DNA from: Squalus acanthias
Lineage: Eukaryota
Length of the DNA: 64,000 bases
Direction of reading: 5' to 3'
Assembly: GCA_030390025.1 (NCBI GenBank)
Contig: CM059438.1
Coordinates: 31,372,001-31,436,000 of the forward strand
The position numbers and the translations under genes are program-made. The notes beneath the pieces were generated by a model. That model saw only the letters and a program-made list of their open reading frames with translations, was not told the DNA's origin and did no database searches. Within the stretch, counting starts at the first letter, position 1, and each line of letters begins with the position of its first letter. This document shows positions 62,582 to 64,000 of the stretch, piece after piece.

Positions 62582-63032
62582 ATTGCTCTTTATTAACACT
62601 GCTCTTCTTTCCTCCTGTGACCCTGTTGGGTGATTGAAGTTCGGGATTTCCACTCACCACTTTGAAACGCCACTCTCTCCACTCCAAATCCCGTGTTCAG
62701 TTAGAATATTCGGCGCAGGCTCCCGCGTCTATAGTGGCACAACAGAGGCATCAGGCCCCCCTGAGGAGGTGGAGCTTGGAACACTGCTCTAACACTCTGA
62801 GAGGGGTTACCCAAGGCTCAAATAGAAAAGTGTGCATACAATTTTTTTAATTCCCCTCAGTGAACAGAGGACCAACTTTGTTGAGGTATTCAATCCCTCT
62901 GGGATCATTTAAGTGTGAATGTTTTGTTTCTCTGCTGGGTGCAAAACCGAAGTGTTCTCTGTTACTTTGGAGATTATTGAACTCAGTGCCTGGTTATGAG
63001 AGGCATTTTGTCAGATAATTGACCTCACTGTT

Positions 63033-63303
63033 ATAAGAACATAAGAAATAGGAGCAGGAGTAGGCCATTTGGCCCTTCGAGCCTGCTCCGCCATTCAATA
63101 AGATCATGATTGATCTTCTACCTCATCTCCACCTTCCCGCACTATCCCCATATCCCTTGGTTCCCTTAGTATCCAAAAATCTATCAGTCTCTGTCTTGAA
63201 TATACTCAACGGCTGAGCATCCACAGCCTTCTGGTGTAGAGAATTCCAAAGATTCACAGCCCTTTGAGTGAAGAAATTTCCCCTCATCTCAGTCCTAAAT
63301 GGC
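63033..63303 (-). mobile_element. CR1 LINE 3' end, antisense
   Basis: ataagaacataagaaataggagcaggagtaggcc.. (reverse of a (ttcttatg)n tail), followed by the reverse of the CR1 ORF2 end. Confidence 0.85.
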
Positions 63304-64000
63304 TGAGATCACGTTATTCTCCAAAAAGCAGTATTCAATCCCCCCTCTTCTTTCCTTCATTGCTATTTATTCTCCTTCCCTCTCCTCCACCCTTCCCTCT
63401 GTCCCACTCCTACCTGAGTCCCGGCACTGATGGACTGGACCGGATCTCTCTGCCTTCAATGTAGCTTCTACTATTTATGGAAGTGGTCAGGATCACTGCG
63501 TACTATTGGTGGGAATTCCTGTTCTTGCGAGAATCCCCACCTACAGTGCACAGTGGAAGGAATCACTTCCATTAGTGCTCGGAGGAGTACTGAGGAGAGA
63601 TGGACCTTGTCCATGGTGCTTTTTGATTGTCAACATGAAATGCTGACAGTTGGTTTGTATGCTTGGTTGAGGTATTGGAGGGCTACCAATACCATACCAC
63701 AGCATGAGCTAATACCTTTGGGAGCCATAAAAAAGTATGTTGATAAATAGTGCTTTTGTATGATTTCTGTTTTAAATCCATAAAGGATGTGTATTATATT
63801 AGTAAGGAGACTTGTACCTTTGGGGCATAAAGTTCTAGTTTGTTATGAATGTTTCTGTGGGAAAGGGAATGGTTAAGCGGTCTAACGGCTGTTTTACAAT
63901 GGGCAGTAGCATTCATATCGAATCAGAGTTGATCCAAACTGAATGTGATAGTTCAGCATTTACACTCACCTCTGCCCTGAAGCAATTCACATGCCAGATG

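Overview
This is eukaryotic (vertebrate) genomic DNA. The SINE/CR1/Harbinger repertoire suggests a cartilaginous fish (shark); that assignment is inference. The window lies inside one + strand host gene, INPP5A (type I inositol-1,4,5-trisphosphate 5-phosphatase). Only three internal coding exons are present (29908-29992, 61028-61123, 61215-61289) and they splice in frame. The rest is intron, and nearly all ORFs in the supplied track are spurious. The introns hold: (i) a complete but decayed 4.04-kb two-gene PIF/Harbinger transposon (39844-43886; HARBI1-like DDE transposase on +, three-exon Myb/SANT partner on -); (ii) two older Harbinger relics right beside it and two internally deleted Harbinger derivatives; (iii) many GGG/GGC-ended MITEs, several sharing a convergent splice-donor/hairpin cassette; (iv) at least seven tRNA-headed Deu-domain SINEs (SacSINE1-like), CR1 LINE fragments, hAT-type MITEs and a 29-bp minisatellite; (v) a Penelope-like end fragment carrying a minimal type I hammerhead ribozyme, sense to the host pre-mRNA. 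All homology calls come from reading and recalled family motifs, not database searches.
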